Below are positions 40,031 to 52,335 of a stretch of 64,000 nucleotides of DNA, piece by piece (the first letter of the stretch is position 1; each line of letters begins with the position of its first letter). The position numbers were made by a program, and so were the translations under genes. The DNA is from Desulfobacterales bacterium (GTDB lineage: Bacteria; Desulfobacterota; Desulfobacteria; Desulfobacterales; UBA2245), in the NCBI GenBank assembly GCA_040771865.1, contig JAXGZF010000007.1, positions 186,001 through 250,000 of the forward strand, read 5' to 3'. The notes beneath the pieces were generated by a model. The model did no database searches. It was given only the letters and a program-made list of their open reading frames with translations, and had not been told where the DNA came from.

Positions 40031-43000
40031 CTATCGGGTTTCAATCTCAATGTCTCCGTATGTTGCCACGCCGGTTCCGGCTGGAATCAACCGACCCATA
40101 ATCACATTTTCCTTCAAACCCCGCAGATAATCCTTGGCGGCAGCAATGCTTGCATCGGTCAGAACCTTGGTTGTTTCTTGAAACGATGCGGCTGAAATAA
40201 AACTGTCCGTGCTCAACGACGCCTTGGTGATGCCGAGAATCAGAGGCTCGGCCTGGGCGGGGTTTTCGCCTTTCTCGATAATTGCCGCGTTGGCCTCTTC
40301 AAATACTGCGCGGTCAACCTGTTCTTCTGCAATAAAGTCCGTATCACCGGCATCGGTCACCTTGACCCTTCGCATCATTTGCCGGACGATCACCTCAATA
40401 TGTTTATCGTTAATGCGAACACCCTGCAACCGGTAAACCTCCTGAACCTCGTTGACCAGGTATCGGGCCAGAGCAACCTCCCCCTTGATCGACAAAATAT
40501 CCTGTGGATTAGCCGCACCCCCGACCAACATTTCGCCGGCCCGAACGTAATCACCCTCATACACATTGATATGCTTTCCTCGAGGAATCAGATACTCACG
40601 TTTATCCCCGACATCAACAGGTGATACGATCACCTTTTGCTTGCCCTTCTTGGTCCCTTTCGAAATCGCAACATACCCGTCGATCTCACTTAGTGTCGCG
40701 GTCTCCTTAGGCTTGCGAACCTCGAATAGTTCCACAACTCTGGGCAAGCCGCCCGTGATGTCTTTGGTCTTGGTGGTTGCTCTCGGCAGCTTGGCCAAAA
40801 CATCCCCCGCCTTGACATAAAAACCTTCTTCAACCATCAAAATCGCATCGACCGGAAGTGGATACCGGGCAAGGCCCGAACCGCCTGGCAGCTTTGCCGT
40901 CTTGCCTTCCTTGTCCTTAATGGAAATGCGGGGCCGTTCCTCACCTGTTTTGGATTCCATAACCATGCGACTGGATTTGCCGGTCACAGAGTCCACCTTT
41001 TCCTGAAGGGTCTTTCCCAGAACGATATCGCCGAACTTTACGGCGCCGTCGATCTCAGAGATAATCGGCGTAGTAAACGGGTCCCAGGTCGCCATCAGAT
41101 CGCCGGCTTTCACCTGCTGGCCATCGGCGACATGCAGGTGGGCGCCATAAATGACCGGGCACTTCTCGCGTTCGCGTCCGCTCTCCCCAATGATGGCAAA
41201 CTCACCGCCCCGGCGGTTCATTACAATTCGCAGGCCCGATGAATTTTGAACAACCTGTAACTCTCCGTATTGAACGGTTCCATCCACCCGGGCCCGAATA
41301 TCGGCCTGTTCCACCCGACGGCTCGCCGTTCCACCGATGTGAAAGGTTCTCATGGTCAACTGGGTGCCCGGTTCTCCGATCGACTGTGCAGCCAGAATAC
41401 CGACAGCCTGGCCCAGTTCAACCGGACCGCCGTGCGACAAATCCCGGCCGTAACACTTCGCACACACCCCGTAACGGGATCTACAGGCCAGAACTGACCG
41501 AATCTTTACGCTGGTCAAACCGGATTTGTCGATTTTTTTCACCAGCGATTCATCGATTTCCTGCCCACTTCTCACGATAATCTCGTCGGTAAAGGTATCA
41601 TGAATGTCTTCGGCGGCCACCCGCCCCAGAATGCGTTCTCCAAGACGCTGAATAACCTCGCCGCCTTCCATCAGGGACTCGATCTCCACGCCCTGATGTG
41701 TTCCACAATCGATTTCCGAAATTACGCTGTCCTGAGCCACATCGGCCAAACGCCGGGTCAGATAACCCGAGTTGGCTGTTTTCAGAGCGGTATCGGCCAA
41801 ACCCTTTCGAGCGCCATGAGTGGAAATAAAATACTGAAGCACCGAAAGGCCTTCCCGGAAATTCGCCGTAATCGGGGTCTCGATGATCTCCCCTGAGGGT
41901 TTGGCCATCAATCCGCGCATACCGGCAAGCTGCCGCATCTGGTCCTTGCTGCCACGCGCCCCTGAATCCGCCATCATGTAAATGGGGTTGAACCCTTCGG
42001 CCGTATCTTTGATCTGGGTTCCCGCGGCCTTTTTCATGGCATCCATCATCTCATTTGCCACATCGTCGGTAGCCTTGGCCCAGATATCAACGACCTTATT
42101 GTATTTCTCACCCTGGGTGATCAAACCCTCGGCATATTGACGGCCGATCTCCACCACCTGTTCTTCAGCCTTGCTTAAAATATCCCATTTTGTGGCAGGA
42201 ATGATCATCGCATCAATTGAGATGGACAATCCGCCATGCGTTGCATACTGGTATCCGATGTCCTTGAGACGGTCGGACAGAATCACCGTGGCCTTTGCCC
42301 CGAGATTCCGATAGGTATAATCAATCAGATCACGGATGCTCTTTTTCTCCATCACATGATTAATAAGCTCAAAGGAAATTCCAGGCCGCTTATCAATAAT
42401 CTGAAAGATATGGTAGGCATGTTCGGAATAGACGATATCGCTGATCTGACCGATCTCAAGGGCAAATATGGTTTCTGAAACCGCGGGGGAAACAGTAAAC
42501 ACCCGCTCAAAGTCATCGGCTCGAATCAATCCAATATGACCATCGTAATTCTTATCCGGACTTTCTGAATACTGTCGAACCATTTCAATGAAATCCGATC
42601 CGCCGGAAATCCGATCCATGATGCTTCTGGCAAGCTCTTTGTCCGACACCATGACATGACGCATCACCATCACGCTCTCAGTCGGAATGACCTCCCACAA
42701 CAGAATACGCCCAACCGTAGTTTCAACCCGTTCGTTGTTCATCCGCACCACGATCCTGGCGTGCATGTCCACGGCTCCCGAATCATAGGCCATGCGGACC
42801 TCTTCGGGATTGGAGAACATCTTGCCTTCGCCTTTCGCCCCGGACACATCGCGCGTCATGTAATAAATACCCAGTACTATGTCCTGGGTGGGAACGATGA
42901 TTGGACTGCCGTTGGCCGGAGACAAAATATTGTTGCTCGAAAGCATCAGCACACGCGCTTCGATCTGTGATTCAACGGAAAGCGGAACATGTACGGCCAT

Positions 43001-44395
43001 CTGGTCGCCGTCAAAGTCGGCATTAAAAGCCGTACATACGAGAGGATGCAGCTGAATCGCCTTGCCCTCAATCAATATGGGTTCAAATGCCTGAATTCCC
43101 AGACGGTGCAGCGTTGGCGCACGGTTGAGCATCACAGGATACTCTTTGACCACCTCGTCCAGCGTATCCCAGACCACCGGCGTCTCGCGCTCGACCAGCT
43201 TCTTGGCGCTCTTTACAGTCGAAACCTCTCCTTTTTGTTCCAGACGGTAATAGATAAAAGGTTTGAACAATTCAAGCGCCATTTTCTTGGGAAGACCGCA
43301 CTGATGAAGCCGCAGATTCGGACCGACCGTGATGACAGTACGGCCGGAGTAATCCACCCGCTTGCCGAGCAGATTCTGCCGGAACCGTCCCTGTTTCCCC
43401 TTGAGCGTATCACTGAGGGATTTGAGAGGACGTTTGTTGGTTCCCGTAATGACTCGACCGTGTCTTCCATTATCAAAAAGAACGTCAACAGCTTCCTGAA
43501 GCATGCGCTTTTCATTGCGAACAATGATATCCGGCGCCTTTAAATCCATCAATCTTTTTAAGCGATTATTACGGTTGATCACCCGCCTGTAAAGATCATT
43601 CAGATCCGATGTCGCAAAACGACCGCCTTCCAATGGCACAAGGGGACGCAGGTCTGGGGGCAGAACCGGAATGACGTCCATGATCATCCACACCGGATCT
43701 ACGCCGGATTTTCGGAATGCATCTACAATTTTCAACCGTTTGGCCAGTTTTTTCCTTTTGGCATCAGACCCTGTTGAACGGATTTCCTCACGAAGCTCCT
43801 TGTATAAAGCATCCAGATCAATGTTCTCCAGCAGCTTCTTGATGGCGTTGGCCCCGATGTCCGCCTCAAACTTCGATCCATGAAGTTCCAGAGCTTCCTG
43901 ATATTTATCGTCCGAAAGAAGCTGGCATTTACCCAGACCGGTATCCTTTGGATCGGTGACGATGTAGCTGTCAAAATAGAGAACTTTTTCCAGATTTTTC
44001 AGCGTCAGATCAAGCAGATTGCCGATTTTGCTGGGCAGACTCTTCAGAAACCAGATATGAGCGACAGGCGTAGCCAGCTCGATATGCCCCATGCGTTCAC
44101 GCCGCACCTTGGATTGAATCACCTCCACACCGCATTTTTCACAGATGACCCCGCGGTGCTTCATTCGTTTGTATTTACCGCAATTGCATTCATAATCCTT
44201 GGTGGGGCCGAATATCTTGGCGCAGAACAACCCGTCCCGCTCAGGCTTAAACGTTCGATAATTTATGGTTTCAGGCTTTTTGATCTCGCCATGCGACCAC
44301 TGACGAATCTGCTCCGATGATGCCAGTGCTATTTGGACAGAGGAATAGCGTCGAGGATCCGTTGGTTTGGCGAAAAAATCGTATAGAGTTTCCAA
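40031..44395 (-). CDS. rpoC: RNA polymerase beta' subunit carrying an in-frame parvulin-domain insertion
   Basis: [10 protein letters not shown] active site, zinc-binding Cys motifs; TTG start after AAGGAG; insertion at 42386-42682. Confidence 0.99.
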   Translation of the reverse strand: METLYDFFAKPTDPRRYSSVQIALASSEQIRQWSHGEIKKPETINYRTFKPERDGLFCAKIFGPTKDYECNCGKYKRMKHRGVICEKCGVEVIQSKVRRERMGHIELATPVAHIWFLKSLPSKIGNLLDLTLKNLEKVLYFDSYIVTDPKDTGLGKCQLLSDDKYQEALELHGSKFEADIGANAIKKLLENIDLDALYKELREEIRSTGSDAKRKKLAKRLKIVDAFRKSGVDPVWMIMDVIPVLPPDLRPLVPLEGGRFATSDLNDLYRRVINRNNRLKRLMDLKAPDIIVRNEKRMLQEAVDVLFDNGRHGRVITGTNKRPLKSLSDTLKGKQGRFRQNLLGKRVDYSGRTVITVGPNLRLHQCGLPKKMALELFKPFIYYRLEQKGEVSTVKSAKKLVERETPVVWDTLDEVVKEYPVMLNRAPTLHRLGIQAFEPILIEGKAIQLHPLVCTAFNADFDGDQMAVHVPLSVESQIEARVLMLSSNNILSPANGSPIIVPTQDIVLGIYYMTRDVSGAKGEGKMFSNPEEVRMAYDSGAVDMHARIVVRMNNERVETTVGRILLWEVIPTESVMVMRHVMVSDKELARSIMDRISGGSDFIEMVRQYSESPDKNYDGHIGLIRADDFERVFTVSPAVSETIFALEIGQISDIVYSEHAYHIFQIIDKRPGISFELINHVMEKKSIRDLIDYTYRNLGAKATVILSDRLKDIGYQYATHGGLSISIDAMIIPATKWDILSKAEEQVVEIGRQYAEGLITQGEKYNKVVDIWAKATDDVANEMMDAMKKAAGTQIKDTAEGFNPIYMMADSGARGSKDQMRQLAGMRGLMAKPSGEIIETPITANFREGLSVLQYFISTHGARKGLADTALKTANSGYLTRRLADVAQDSVISEIDCGTHQGVEIESLMEGGEVIQRLGERILGRVAAEDIHDTFTDEIIVRSGQEIDESLVKKIDKSGLTSVKIRSVLACRSRYGVCAKCYGRDLSHGGPVELGQAVGILAAQSIGEPGTQLTMRTFHIGGTASRRVEQADIRARVDGTVQYGELQVVQNSSGLRIVMNRRGGEFAIIGESGREREKCPVIYGAHLHVADGQQVKAGDLMATWDPFTTPIISEIDGAVKFGDIVLGKTLQEKVDSVTGKSSRMVMESKTGEERPRISIKDKEGKTAKLPGGSGLARYPLPVDAILMVEEGFYVKAGDVLAKLPRATTKTKDITGGLPRVVELFEVRKPKETATLSEIDGYVAISKGTKKGKQKVIVSPVDVGDKREYLIPRGKHINVYEGDYVRAGEMLVGGAANPQDILSIKGEVALARYLVNEVQEVYRLQGVRINDKHIEVIVRQMMRRVKVTDAGDTDFIAEEQVDRAVFEEANAAIIEKGENPAQAEPLILGITKASLSTDSFISAASFQETTKVLTDASIAAAKDYLRGLKENVIMGRLIPAGTGVATYGDIEIETR

Positions 44396-44405
44396 ATCGT
44401 TCTCC

Positions 44406-47400
44406 TTATTCTTTCCCTTCAATCAGGTTGATGTCCAGACCCAGACTTTGCAGTTCCTTGGTCAGAACTCTGAAGGATTCGGGCAAACCCGGTTCCAGAA
44501 CATTTTGCCCTTTTACGATCTTTTCATACATACGCGTTCTTCCGACCATGTCATCCGACTTGACCGTTAAGAACTCCTGCAAGGCATGCGCCGCTCCATA
44601 GGCTTCCATAGCCCATACCTCCATTTCACCCAGCCGCTGACCACCGAACTGGGCTTTTCCGCCGAGGGGCTGTTGTGTTACCAGCGAATACGGACCGATA
44701 GAACGCGCATGAATCTTGTCATCGACCAGATGATGAAGCTTCAACATGTACATGGAGCCCACGGTGATCTTCTCCTTGAAGGGTTCACCACTGCGCCCGT
44801 CGTACAATGTAACCTGACCCGTTGGGGGCAATCCAGCCTCTTCAAGAAGCGCCTTGATTTCCTCTTCTTTGGCTCCGTCAAATACGGGTGTCGCCATATG
44901 AACGCCATCCCTGTATTTCGCGGCGAATGCGCATAACTCGGCATCATCAAGGCCATCAATTTCCAGCCGAACCTGCTCGTCAGTAAAAACACGTTTGAGT
45001 TTGGCCTTGAGTTCGCTCAAACACTGTTGCTCCAGCAGGGCATTAATTTGCCGACCAAGGCCCTTTGCCGCATATCCCAGGTGAATTTCCAGAACCTGCC
45101 CCACGTTCATTCGGGAGGGAACTCCCAAGGGGTTTAAAACCATATCTACGGGCGTTCCGTCTTCAAAATAGGGGAGATCTTCAATGGGCAGAATTCTTGA
45201 GACAACGCCCTTGTTCCCGTGACGGCCAGCCATCTTATCACCGACAGACAACTTTCGTTTCATGGCCACATAAACCTTGACCATCTTGATCACACCCGGC
45301 GGAAGATCATCGCCCTTTTCGTACCGGCTTACGTATTGCTCAAACTCCCCGCGATACTGCTCGCACTGGCCGCGGTAAATCTCGACCAGGCCATTGAGTC
45401 GCTCAGTTAATTCAGGATCTTTTAACAGCATATTTTCAAACTGATCCGCAGGAATGTTAAAGATAGCTTCTTTATTAATTACAGCGCCTTTGGCCAGATA
45501 CAGTTTTTTGCCTTTTTTTATAGGTGAAAGGCAGATTTGACCGGCCAGCAGCGAAGCTGTCTGCTCCCGAAGGACGGTTTCCAGCACCTGAAGCTTATCC
45601 TCAAGATTTCTCTCGAGAACGAGGATCTCCTGATCTTCGATCCATCTAGTCCGGTCGTCCTTTTCAACTCCTCGACGGGAAAAGACCCTTGCATCAATGA
45701 CAATACCCTCAATACCCGGGGGAACCCGAAGGGAGGTATCCTTGACATCGCCTGCTTTCTCACCGAAAATTGCTCTCAGCAGTTTTTCCTCGGGCGACAG
45801 CTGAGTCTCGCCCTTTGGCGTGATCTTGCCCACGAGTATATCTCCCGGAACAACCTCGGCCCCCAGACAAATAATGCCGCTGTCATCCAGGTTTTTTAAT
45901 GCCTCGTCGCCGACATTGGGAATATCGCGGGTGATTTCCTCCTTGCCGAGCTTGGTGTCCCGGGCCACCACCTCAAATTCCTCGATATGAATCGATGTAT
46001 AAATCCCGTCCTGCACCAGCCGTTCACTGACCAGGATGGAATCCTCAAAATTATATCCGCCCCATGGCATGAAAGCAACTGTGACATTTTTGCCCAAGGC
46101 CAACTCCCCCTGATTCGTTGCCGGGCCATCGGCCAGAATGTCTCCGGGTTTGACCTTCTGACCTTTCACGACAATAGGTCTCTGATTAAAGGTGGTATTT
46201 TGATTGGATCGAATAAATTTTGAAAAATTAAAAACCGACACTCGATTTTCAGGGTCATCATGCTTCAGCACGATTCTCGAGGCGTCCACAGCCACGACCT
46301 CGCCTTTTCTGCTAGCCACTATAGAAACACCGGAATCTTTTGCAACGACGCCTTCCATGCCTGTCCCGACCAGAGGCGCTTCATTCATAAGCAGAGGAAC
46401 GGCCTGACGCTGCATATTTGAACCCATCAGAGCCCGGTTGGCATCGTCATTTTCCAGAAATGGAATCAGGGATGCGGAAACGCTCACCAGCTGATTGGGG
46501 GAAACATCCATGAGCTTGATATCTTCTTTTTTGACCATCATGAATTCACCGGCAACGCGGGATGTCACCATGGAATTGAGATAGCAGTTGTTTTCATCCA
46601 CTGGCGCATTCGCCTGGGCGATTGGATATTCCTTTTCCTCAAACGCGCTGAGGAATCGAACCTGATTGGTCACCGCAGTATCCCGAACGACGCGGTACGG
46701 AGTCTCTATAAATCCATAAGCATTCACCTGCGCGTAGGTGCTCAGTGAAACAATGAGGCCGATGTTGGGGCCTTCCGGAGTTTCGATCGGGCATATGCGG
46801 CCATAATGCGAAGGGTGTACGTCCCGTACTTCAAAGCCAGCGCGTTCACGCGTCAGCCCTCCCGGCCCCAGAGCGCTCAGACGGCGCTTATGGGTGGTCT
46901 CGGAAAGCGGATTGGTCTGATCCATAAACTGACTCAACTGGCTGGTTCCGAAAAACTCTTTGACAACCGCGGAAACCGGTTTGGGATTTACCAAGTCATG
47001 CGGCATCAATGAATCAACTTCCTGCAGGCTCATTCTTTCCTTTATCGCCCGCTCCATGCGGACCAAGCCGATGCGGTACTGGTTTTCGAGCAACTCGCCG
47101 ACGGCTCTAACCCGACGGTTTCCCAGATGATCAATGTCATCGATCTGTCCCTGCGTATCACGTAATTCCACGAGCGTCTTCGTGGTGAGCAGAATGTCTT
47201 CCTTGCGCAGGGTTGTCACGCTGACAGGAGTTTGAATTCCAAGGCGCAGATTAATTTTCAACCGCCCGACCCCGGAAAGGTCGTAATAAGCAGATTTGAA
47301 AAACAGATGGTCGACAAATTCCTGAGCCACTTCAGGCGTTGCAGGATTGCCGGGTCGCAACCTGCGATAAATTTCAAGCAATGCTTCTTCCTTGCTCTCC

Positions 47401-48491
47401 ACCTTGTCCAGGGCAAGAGTCTTGCGAATGGAATCGCTGATGGACATACCGTCGATAAAAAGCAGGTCAAATTCCGAAATCCCGCAGGCAGCCAATTTCG
47501 ACAGGGACGTTTCATCAACCAGATCATTCGCCTTCGCAATCAGTTCTCCGCTCTGGGGATCCTCGATGTCATAAGCAAAAACTCGATTTAATACATCTTC
47601 CTCGTTGATCGGAACCCACTCAAGATTGGATGCCTTCAGTTGACGAATGGAACGCTGAGTAAACATCCGTCCCTTTTTAACAACGATTTCACCGGTAAGG
47701 GGATCGGCAATATCAAAGCTGGCTTTTTGGCCTTTTAAAAAAGTTTCGTTGAATTTCTTAAAATACTCATTTTTGTTAGCGCGGATTCCCTCAGCCTGAT
47801 AAAAATAAGACAGAAGATCCTGGGTCGTAAACCCAAATGCTTTGAACAGAAGCGTTACCGGAAATTTTCGACGCCGATCGATACGGATATAAACCACGTC
47901 CTTTGGATCGATTTCCATATCGATCCATGATCCTCTGACCGGAATAATTCTTGAGGTATAGATGACCTTGCCGCTCGAATGTGTACGCCCTTTGTCGTGA
48001 TCGAAAAATACGCCCGAAGAACGGTGAAGCTGGCTTACGACAACCCGCTCTGTGCCGTTTATTATAAAGGTTCCCTTGTCGGTCATCAGGGGAATAGTGC
48101 CGAAATATATTTCCTGCTCCTTGATGTCGCGAATATTGGAAATGCCGGATTCCTTATCCACATCGTAAACCACCAGCCTGACGGTGATGCGGATAGGCAG
48201 CTCATAGGTCATACCGCGGTGTATGCACTCGGCCACATTGTGTTTGACCTCGCCGAAACGGTAAGACACGAATTCAAGCGATGCGCTTCCAGTAAAATCC
48301 TTGATCGGGAATACGGATTTAAATACCGCCTGCAGACCGATATCTTCACGCTTTTCAGGCAAAACATCAATCTGCAGAAATCGACGGTAAGATTCGCGTT
48401 GCACCCCTATCAGATCAGGAATCTCAACGATTTTTCTGATCTTGCTAAAATTCTTTCTTACACGCCTGTTTGCCAAAGACATTTCCGACAT
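44406..48491 (-). CDS. rpoB: RNA polymerase beta subunit
   Basis: [37 protein letters not shown]. Confidence 0.99.
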   Translation of the reverse strand: MSEMSLANRRVRKNFSKIRKIVEIPDLIGVQRESYRRFLQIDVLPEKREDIGLQAVFKSVFPIKDFTGSASLEFVSYRFGEVKHNVAECIHRGMTYELPIRITVRLVVYDVDKESGISNIRDIKEQEIYFGTIPLMTDKGTFIINGTERVVVSQLHRSSGVFFDHDKGRTHSSGKVIYTSRIIPVRGSWIDMEIDPKDVVYIRIDRRRKFPVTLLFKAFGFTTQDLLSYFYQAEGIRANKNEYFKKFNETFLKGQKASFDIADPLTGEIVVKKGRMFTQRSIRQLKASNLEWVPINEEDVLNRVFAYDIEDPQSGELIAKANDLVDETSLSKLAACGISEFDLLFIDGMSISDSIRKTLALDKVESKEEALLEIYRRLRPGNPATPEVAQEFVDHLFFKSAYYDLSGVGRLKINLRLGIQTPVSVTTLRKEDILLTTKTLVELRDTQGQIDDIDHLGNRRVRAVGELLENQYRIGLVRMERAIKERMSLQEVDSLMPHDLVNPKPVSAVVKEFFGTSQLSQFMDQTNPLSETTHKRRLSALGPGGLTRERAGFEVRDVHPSHYGRICPIETPEGPNIGLIVSLSTYAQVNAYGFIETPYRVVRDTAVTNQVRFLSAFEEKEYPIAQANAPVDENNCYLNSMVTSRVAGEFMMVKKEDIKLMDVSPNQLVSVSASLIPFLENDDANRALMGSNMQRQAVPLLMNEAPLVGTGMEGVVAKDSGVSIVASRKGEVVAVDASRIVLKHDDPENRVSVFNFSKFIRSNQNTTFNQRPIVVKGQKVKPGDILADGPATNQGELALGKNVTVAFMPWGGYNFEDSILVSERLVQDGIYTSIHIEEFEVVARDTKLGKEEITRDIPNVGDEALKNLDDSGIICLGAEVVPGDILVGKITPKGETQLSPEEKLLRAIFGEKAGDVKDTSLRVPPGIEGIVIDARVFSRRGVEKDDRTRWIEDQEILVLERNLEDKLQVLETVLREQTASLLAGQICLSPIKKGKKLYLAKGAVINKEAIFNIPADQFENMLLKDPELTERLNGLVEIYRGQCEQYRGEFEQYVSRYEKGDDLPPGVIKMVKVYVAMKRKLSVGDKMAGRHGNKGVVSRILPIEDLPYFEDGTPVDMVLNPLGVPSRMNVGQVLEIHLGYAAKGLGRQINALLEQQCLSELKAKLKRVFTDEQVRLEIDGLDDAELCAFAAKYRDGVHMATPVFDGAKEEEIKALLEEAGLPPTGQVTLYDGRSGEPFKEKITVGSMYMLKLHHLVDDKIHARSIGPYSLVTQQPLGGKAQFGGQRLGEMEVWAMEAYGAAHALQEFLTVKSDDMVGRTRMYEKIVKGQNVLEPGLPESFRVLTKELQSLGLDINLIEGKE

Positions 48492-48506
48492 GGCATCTCC
48501 ATATTG

Positions 48507-48560
48507 AAAAAAAGAATCGGGAAATGGGACGGGTACCTTGAGGGCACCAATCCCATTTCC
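48507..48560 (-). terminator. rplL-rpoB attenuator-like hairpin
   Basis: GGAAATGGGA...TCCCATTTCC stem followed by a T7 run on the minus strand. Confidence 0.65.
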
Positions 48561-48653
48561 GTATTTTGCCTATCGAGCATCAGACCGACATCACGTCGCC
48601 ACATCGATCTGAAAAAAGCTTCACCGAAATAATTATGCTACACTTTCGATGGC

Positions 48654-49043
48654 TTACTTTAATTCTACCTGTGCACCCGCTTCTTCAAGCTGCGCTTTGA
48701 ATTTTGCGGCTTCTTCTTTTGCTATACCTTCTTTTACGGGTTTCGGCAGTGAGTCAACCAGGTCTTTAGCATCTTTAAGCCCCAAGCCGGTAATAGCCCG
48801 CACCTCTTTAATCACCTGAATCTTCTTGTCTCCGGCTGAAACCAGAATCACGTCAAATTCGGTTTTTTCCTCGGCCGCAGTTGCACCGCCGCCTGCATCG
48901 ACCGGAGCGGCCGCCATCATCGCCATCGGCGCCGCAGCGGAAACGCCAAACTTTTCTTCCAATTCCTTAACCAGTTCCGAAAGTTCAAGAACCGTCATAT
49001 TTGCTATAAAATCAATTACATCTTGTTTTGTAATACCCGCCAT
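48654..49043 (-). CDS. rplL: 50S ribosomal protein L7/L12
   Basis: [18 protein letters not shown]. Confidence 0.98.
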   Translation of the reverse strand: MAGITKQDVIDFIANMTVLELSELVKELEEKFGVSAAAPMAMMAAAPVDAGGGATAAEEKTEFDVILVSAGDKKIQVIKEVRAITGLGLKDAKDLVDSLPKPVKEGIAKEEAAKFKAQLEEAGAQVELK

Positions 49044-49101
49044 TTTTTATACCTCCAAAAATTTTATGGCAATAACGCTAAAAATTTAACGCAAGCAAAG
49101 T

Positions 49102-49623
49102 CTACGCGGCGTCTTTCTGGTCGCGTATTGCCTGCAAGACATTGATCATCTGCCGAATGATCTGACTGAGCAACTGGACAAAACCAGCAGGTACGGCGTT
49201 CATAGCGCCCAGTACCTGTCCCAGAAGCACCTCTCTCGGCGGCAAAGCGGACAGCGCATTAAGCGCATCAAGATTCAGTAACCTTCCACTCAACGCGCCC
49301 ACTTTGATTTCAAGCTTGGGATTGCTTTTTGCGAATTCGACGAGCACCTTGGCAGGAGAAACCGGATCATCGTAACTCAGCGCGACGGCGCTCGGTCCTT
49401 TAAAGTAATCTTGAATTACCGAAACATCGGTATCTTTCGATGCCAGTACAAGGAGCGTATTTTTAACCACCTTGTATTCTACCTTGGCATCCCGGAGCTT
49501 TCTGCGCAAGGAGCTCACATCTTCCACATTGAGTCCCTTATAATCAGTAATGATTACGATCTTGGACTTTTCAAATTTCTGATGCAGTTCCTCAACAATC
49601 TGCTTCTTTTCATCTAATCTCAC
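49102..49623 (-). CDS. rplJ: 50S ribosomal protein L10
   Basis: DYKGL, VVKNTL. Confidence 0.98.
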   Translation of the reverse strand: MRLDEKKQIVEELHQKFEKSKIVIITDYKGLNVEDVSSLRRKLRDAKVEYKVVKNTLLVLASKDTDVSVIQDYFKGPSAVALSYDDPVSPAKVLVEFAKSNPKLEIKVGALSGRLLNLDALNALSALPPREVLLGQVLGAMNAVPAGFVQLLSQIIRQMINVLQAIRDQKDAA

Positions 49624-49639
49624 GACTTATCAACACCTC

Positions 49640-49748
49640 CTTCCTTTGATCGAAAACTAACGGAGGCAGCAACTATACCAAAACCAATCTGTCTCGGTAG
49701 GCCGGCCTTGCCGATTAAACACAATAGTGAACCTAGGGTCTTTGACAG
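49640..49748 (-). promoter_or_regulatory. L10 leader RNA
   Basis: Minus strand AAAGACCCTAGG...TTAA...CCTACCGAGAC upstream of rplJ. Confidence 0.75.
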
Positions 49749-49834
49749 CATATATGCGAAAGGCGTTTAATGCCGAATGCGCATAAAATCTGATCGATCG
49801 CCTTTTGGATTTATAATATTCAATTTGTGATCAA

Positions 49835-50539
49835 TTACTTGATAAGATCCTTTACCACGGCCGTATCAATCTTGACGCCAGGGCCCATGGTCGTTGAAAT
49901 GGCTATCCCTTTCAGATAGATCCCTTTGCTGGATGAGGGCTTGAGACGCATAATCATTTCAAGAAATGCGGTCATATTCTGAACAATCTTTTCAACCCCG
50001 AATGAAACCTTTCCCATCGGCGCATGAACAATTCCCGCTTTTTCAACGCGAAAATCTATTTTACCGGCCTTCAACTCCTTGACCGCTTTGGCAACGTCAA
50101 AGGTCACCGTTCCTGTCTTGGCATTGGGCATCAGTCCCCTCGGGCCGAGCAGCTTGCCGATCTTGCCGACGGTGCCCATCATATCGGGTGTTGCAATCGC
50201 CTTGTCGAAACCAAACCAGCCACCCTTTATTTTTTCGACAAGGTCTTCGTTTCCGACAAAATCCGCGTTTGCCTCAAGGGCCTCCTTCTCTTTTTCACCT
50301 TTTGCAAAAACCAGAACCTTCACTTCCTTGCCAAGTCCGTGCGGAAGGACCACCGTCCCACGAACCATCTGATCGGCATGTCTTGGATCCACACCAAGAC
50401 GCACGGCAACATCAACGGTTTCGTCAAACTTTGCGTAGGATGCATTAAGCGCCTGATGCACTGCACCTGAAAAATCCGCTTGGAGCCCCGCATTGATCGC
50501 TTTCCTGGCTTCTATGTATTTTTTACCCTGCTTCGGCAT
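49835..50539 (-). CDS. rplA: 50S ribosomal protein L1
   Basis: [16 protein letters not shown]. Confidence 0.98.
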   Translation of the reverse strand: MPKQGKKYIEARKAINAGLQADFSGAVHQALNASYAKFDETVDVAVRLGVDPRHADQMVRGTVVLPHGLGKEVKVLVFAKGEKEKEALEANADFVGNEDLVEKIKGGWFGFDKAIATPDMMGTVGKIGKLLGPRGLMPNAKTGTVTFDVAKAVKELKAGKIDFRVEKAGIVHAPMGKVSFGVEKIVQNMTAFLEMIMRLKPSSSKGIYLKGIAISTTMGPGVKIDTAVVKDLIK

Positions 50540-50562
50540 TTTACCTGTTCACTCCTTTTCCT

Positions 50563-50985
50563 TTAGGCGACCTCTATCCCCATGCTTCTCGCAGTCCCAG
50601 CCACAATTTTGCAAGCCGATTCCAAATCGTTGGCATTCAGGTCGGCCATTTTTAATTTGGCGATGTCCTCCACTTGTTGCCGCGACACAGTACCAACTTT
50701 TTCACGCTTGGGATCGGCAGCGCCTTTTGCAATCTTGGCCGCCTTTTTCAAAAGCACCGCTGCAGGCGGTGTTTTGGTTATGAAGGTAAAGGTTCTATCT
50801 TGGTACACTGTAATCACAACTGGAATAATCATGCCTTCTTCGTTGGCCGTTCGGGCATTGAATGCCTTACAAAAATCCATTATGTTAACGCCGTGTTGTC
50901 CGAGTGCCGGACCAATCGGAGGAGACGGATTGGCTTTTCCGGCCTGGACCTGAAGTTTGATCTGTGCAATAACCTTTTTTGCCAT
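50563..50985 (-). CDS. rplK: 50S ribosomal protein L11
   Basis: [13 protein letters not shown]. Confidence 0.98.
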   Translation of the reverse strand: MAKKVIAQIKLQVQAGKANPSPPIGPALGQHGVNIMDFCKAFNARTANEEGMIIPVVITVYQDRTFTFITKTPPAAVLLKKAAKIAKGAADPKREKVGTVSRQQVEDIAKLKMADLNANDLESACKIVAGTARSMGIEVA

Positions 50986-51006
50986 TTTCTCTTTGCTCCT
51001 GATACT

Positions 51007-51537
51007 CTATAACTTTGTCACCTGTACGAAATCCAACTCAACCGGCGTTGAACGGCCGAAAATACTTACAAGAACCCTGATTTTGCCTTTTTCAGCATTA
51101 ACCTCATCGACCGTGCCGTTAAAATTGGTAAAGGGCCCGTCAATAACACGAATTTCATCTCCGGGTTCAAAATAATACTTCGGCTTGGGCTTTAACTTAC
51201 CGTCCTCCATCCTGCTGAGAATCTTTTGAGCCTCTTCATCGGTCAAAGGCGTCGGTTTTTCTCTTCCGCCGAGAAACCCGCTGACCTTTGCTGTATCATT
51301 CACTATATGCCACGTTTCGTCGTCAAGCTCCATGCGCACCAAAATATAGCCCGGATAAAATTTGCGCGTTGATGTTCTGCGCTTTCCTTTAACAAGCTCA
51401 ACAATCTGTTCGGTCGGGACTACAACCTCACCGAATTTTTCGGGATGAAGCGAGGAGGAGATCCTTTCTTCCAATGAGAGCTTAACCTTGCTTTCGAATC
51501 CAGAATACACATGGACGATGTACCATTTAAGCGCCAC
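51007..51537 (-). CDS. nusG: transcription elongation factor NusG
   Basis: [24 protein letters not shown]. Confidence 0.98.
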   Translation of the reverse strand: MALKWYIVHVYSGFESKVKLSLEERISSSLHPEKFGEVVVPTEQIVELVKGKRRTSTRKFYPGYILVRMELDDETWHIVNDTAKVSGFLGGREKPTPLTDEEAQKILSRMEDGKLKPKPKYYFEPGDEIRVIDGPFTNFNGTVDEVNAEKGKIRVLVSIFGRSTPVELDFVQVTKL

Positions 51538-51554
51538 TTGTTACTTCTCCATTG

Positions 51555-51950
51555 TCATTGAAGCACAACGCGGATCAAACTTGACAAACCAATATCAACC
51601 GCTCCCAGAAAAAACGATATAATCAGCACAAGAATCAAAACAACGACTGTGGAACCGACGGTCTGTTTACGAGTAGGCCAAGTTACCTTTTTCAACTCCA
51701 CCTTGACTTCTCGTAAAAACTGTATGGACTTAGCCAAAAAGCCGGTATTGAGTTTCGCCAGCAGAGGCTTCGAATTCTTTGCTACCTGGGGTTGCGAAAA
51801 AGCTTTTTTGGGTACGAGCTCTCTTTCGGTTTTAACTTCCAGCACCCCATTGGATGACACAGGTTTTTGTTCATCAGAGGAAACCGGTTGAGAATCCGTG
51901 GATTTTTTTTTGGCTTTATCGTTCGGTTTTTTTCTGATTAGCCTTCCCAT
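51555..51950 (-). CDS. secE: preprotein translocase SecE with long basic N-terminal extension
   Basis: FLREVKVELKKVTWP plus one TM helix. Confidence 0.95.
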   Translation of the reverse strand: MGRLIRKKPNDKAKKKSTDSQPVSSDEQKPVSSNGVLEVKTERELVPKKAFSQPQVAKNSKPLLAKLNTGFLAKSIQFLREVKVELKKVTWPTRKQTVGSTVVVLILVLIISFFLGAVDIGLSSLIRVVLQ

Positions 51951-52043
51951 TTTGCTCCTAAATTGTGAAAGCCCAAAGCTCAAACTATTTCGGATATTCC
52001 AATATACCCTCTTTGTTTAAGCTATGAGCCTCACCCTATTCGT

Positions 52044-52119
52044 TGGCAGGCCAGGAGGGATTTGAACCCCCAACACCCGGATTTGGAGTCCGATGCTCTA
52101 CCGTTAGAGCTACTGGCCT
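52044..52119 (-). tRNA. tRNA-Trp(CCA)
   Basis: 76-nt cloverleaf, anticodon loop CTCCAAA, 3' CCA. Confidence 0.97.
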
Positions 52120-52167
52120 GTATCTTAGCTGAACCAGCTTTCAGGGCCAATCTCTTCAGCAACCCGA

Positions 52168-52317
52168 TTACTTGGTTTCCTTATGAGGAGTGTGCTTTCT
52201 GCAGAACCTGCAGTACTTGCTTAACTCCATTTTTTCCGGCGTTGTTCTTTTATTTTTAGTCGTTGTATAGTTTTTTCTTTTGCATTCTGAGCATGCAAGG
52301 GTCACAATCACTCTCAC
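52168..52317 (-). CDS. rpmG: 50S ribosomal protein L33
   Basis: Hand translation [23 protein letters not shown]...[15 protein letters not shown] (GTG start). Confidence 0.97.
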   Translation of the reverse strand: MRVIVTLACSECKRKNYTTTKNKRTTPEKMELSKYCRFCRKHTPHKETK

Positions 52318-52335
52318 CAGATTACTCCTTCACCG

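Noticed and set aside
42386..42682. RpoC insertion as an intein or intron
   Set aside because: No N-terminal Cys/Ser splice block, no His-Asn C-terminus and no endonuclease motifs; the frame is continuous and the pattern fits parvulin.
39509..48491. Streptomycin or rifampicin resistance alleles in rpsL and rpoB
   Set aside because: PKKPNS, RVKDLPG and the Q-D-H-S residues of the rifampicin cluster are the usual sensitive type.
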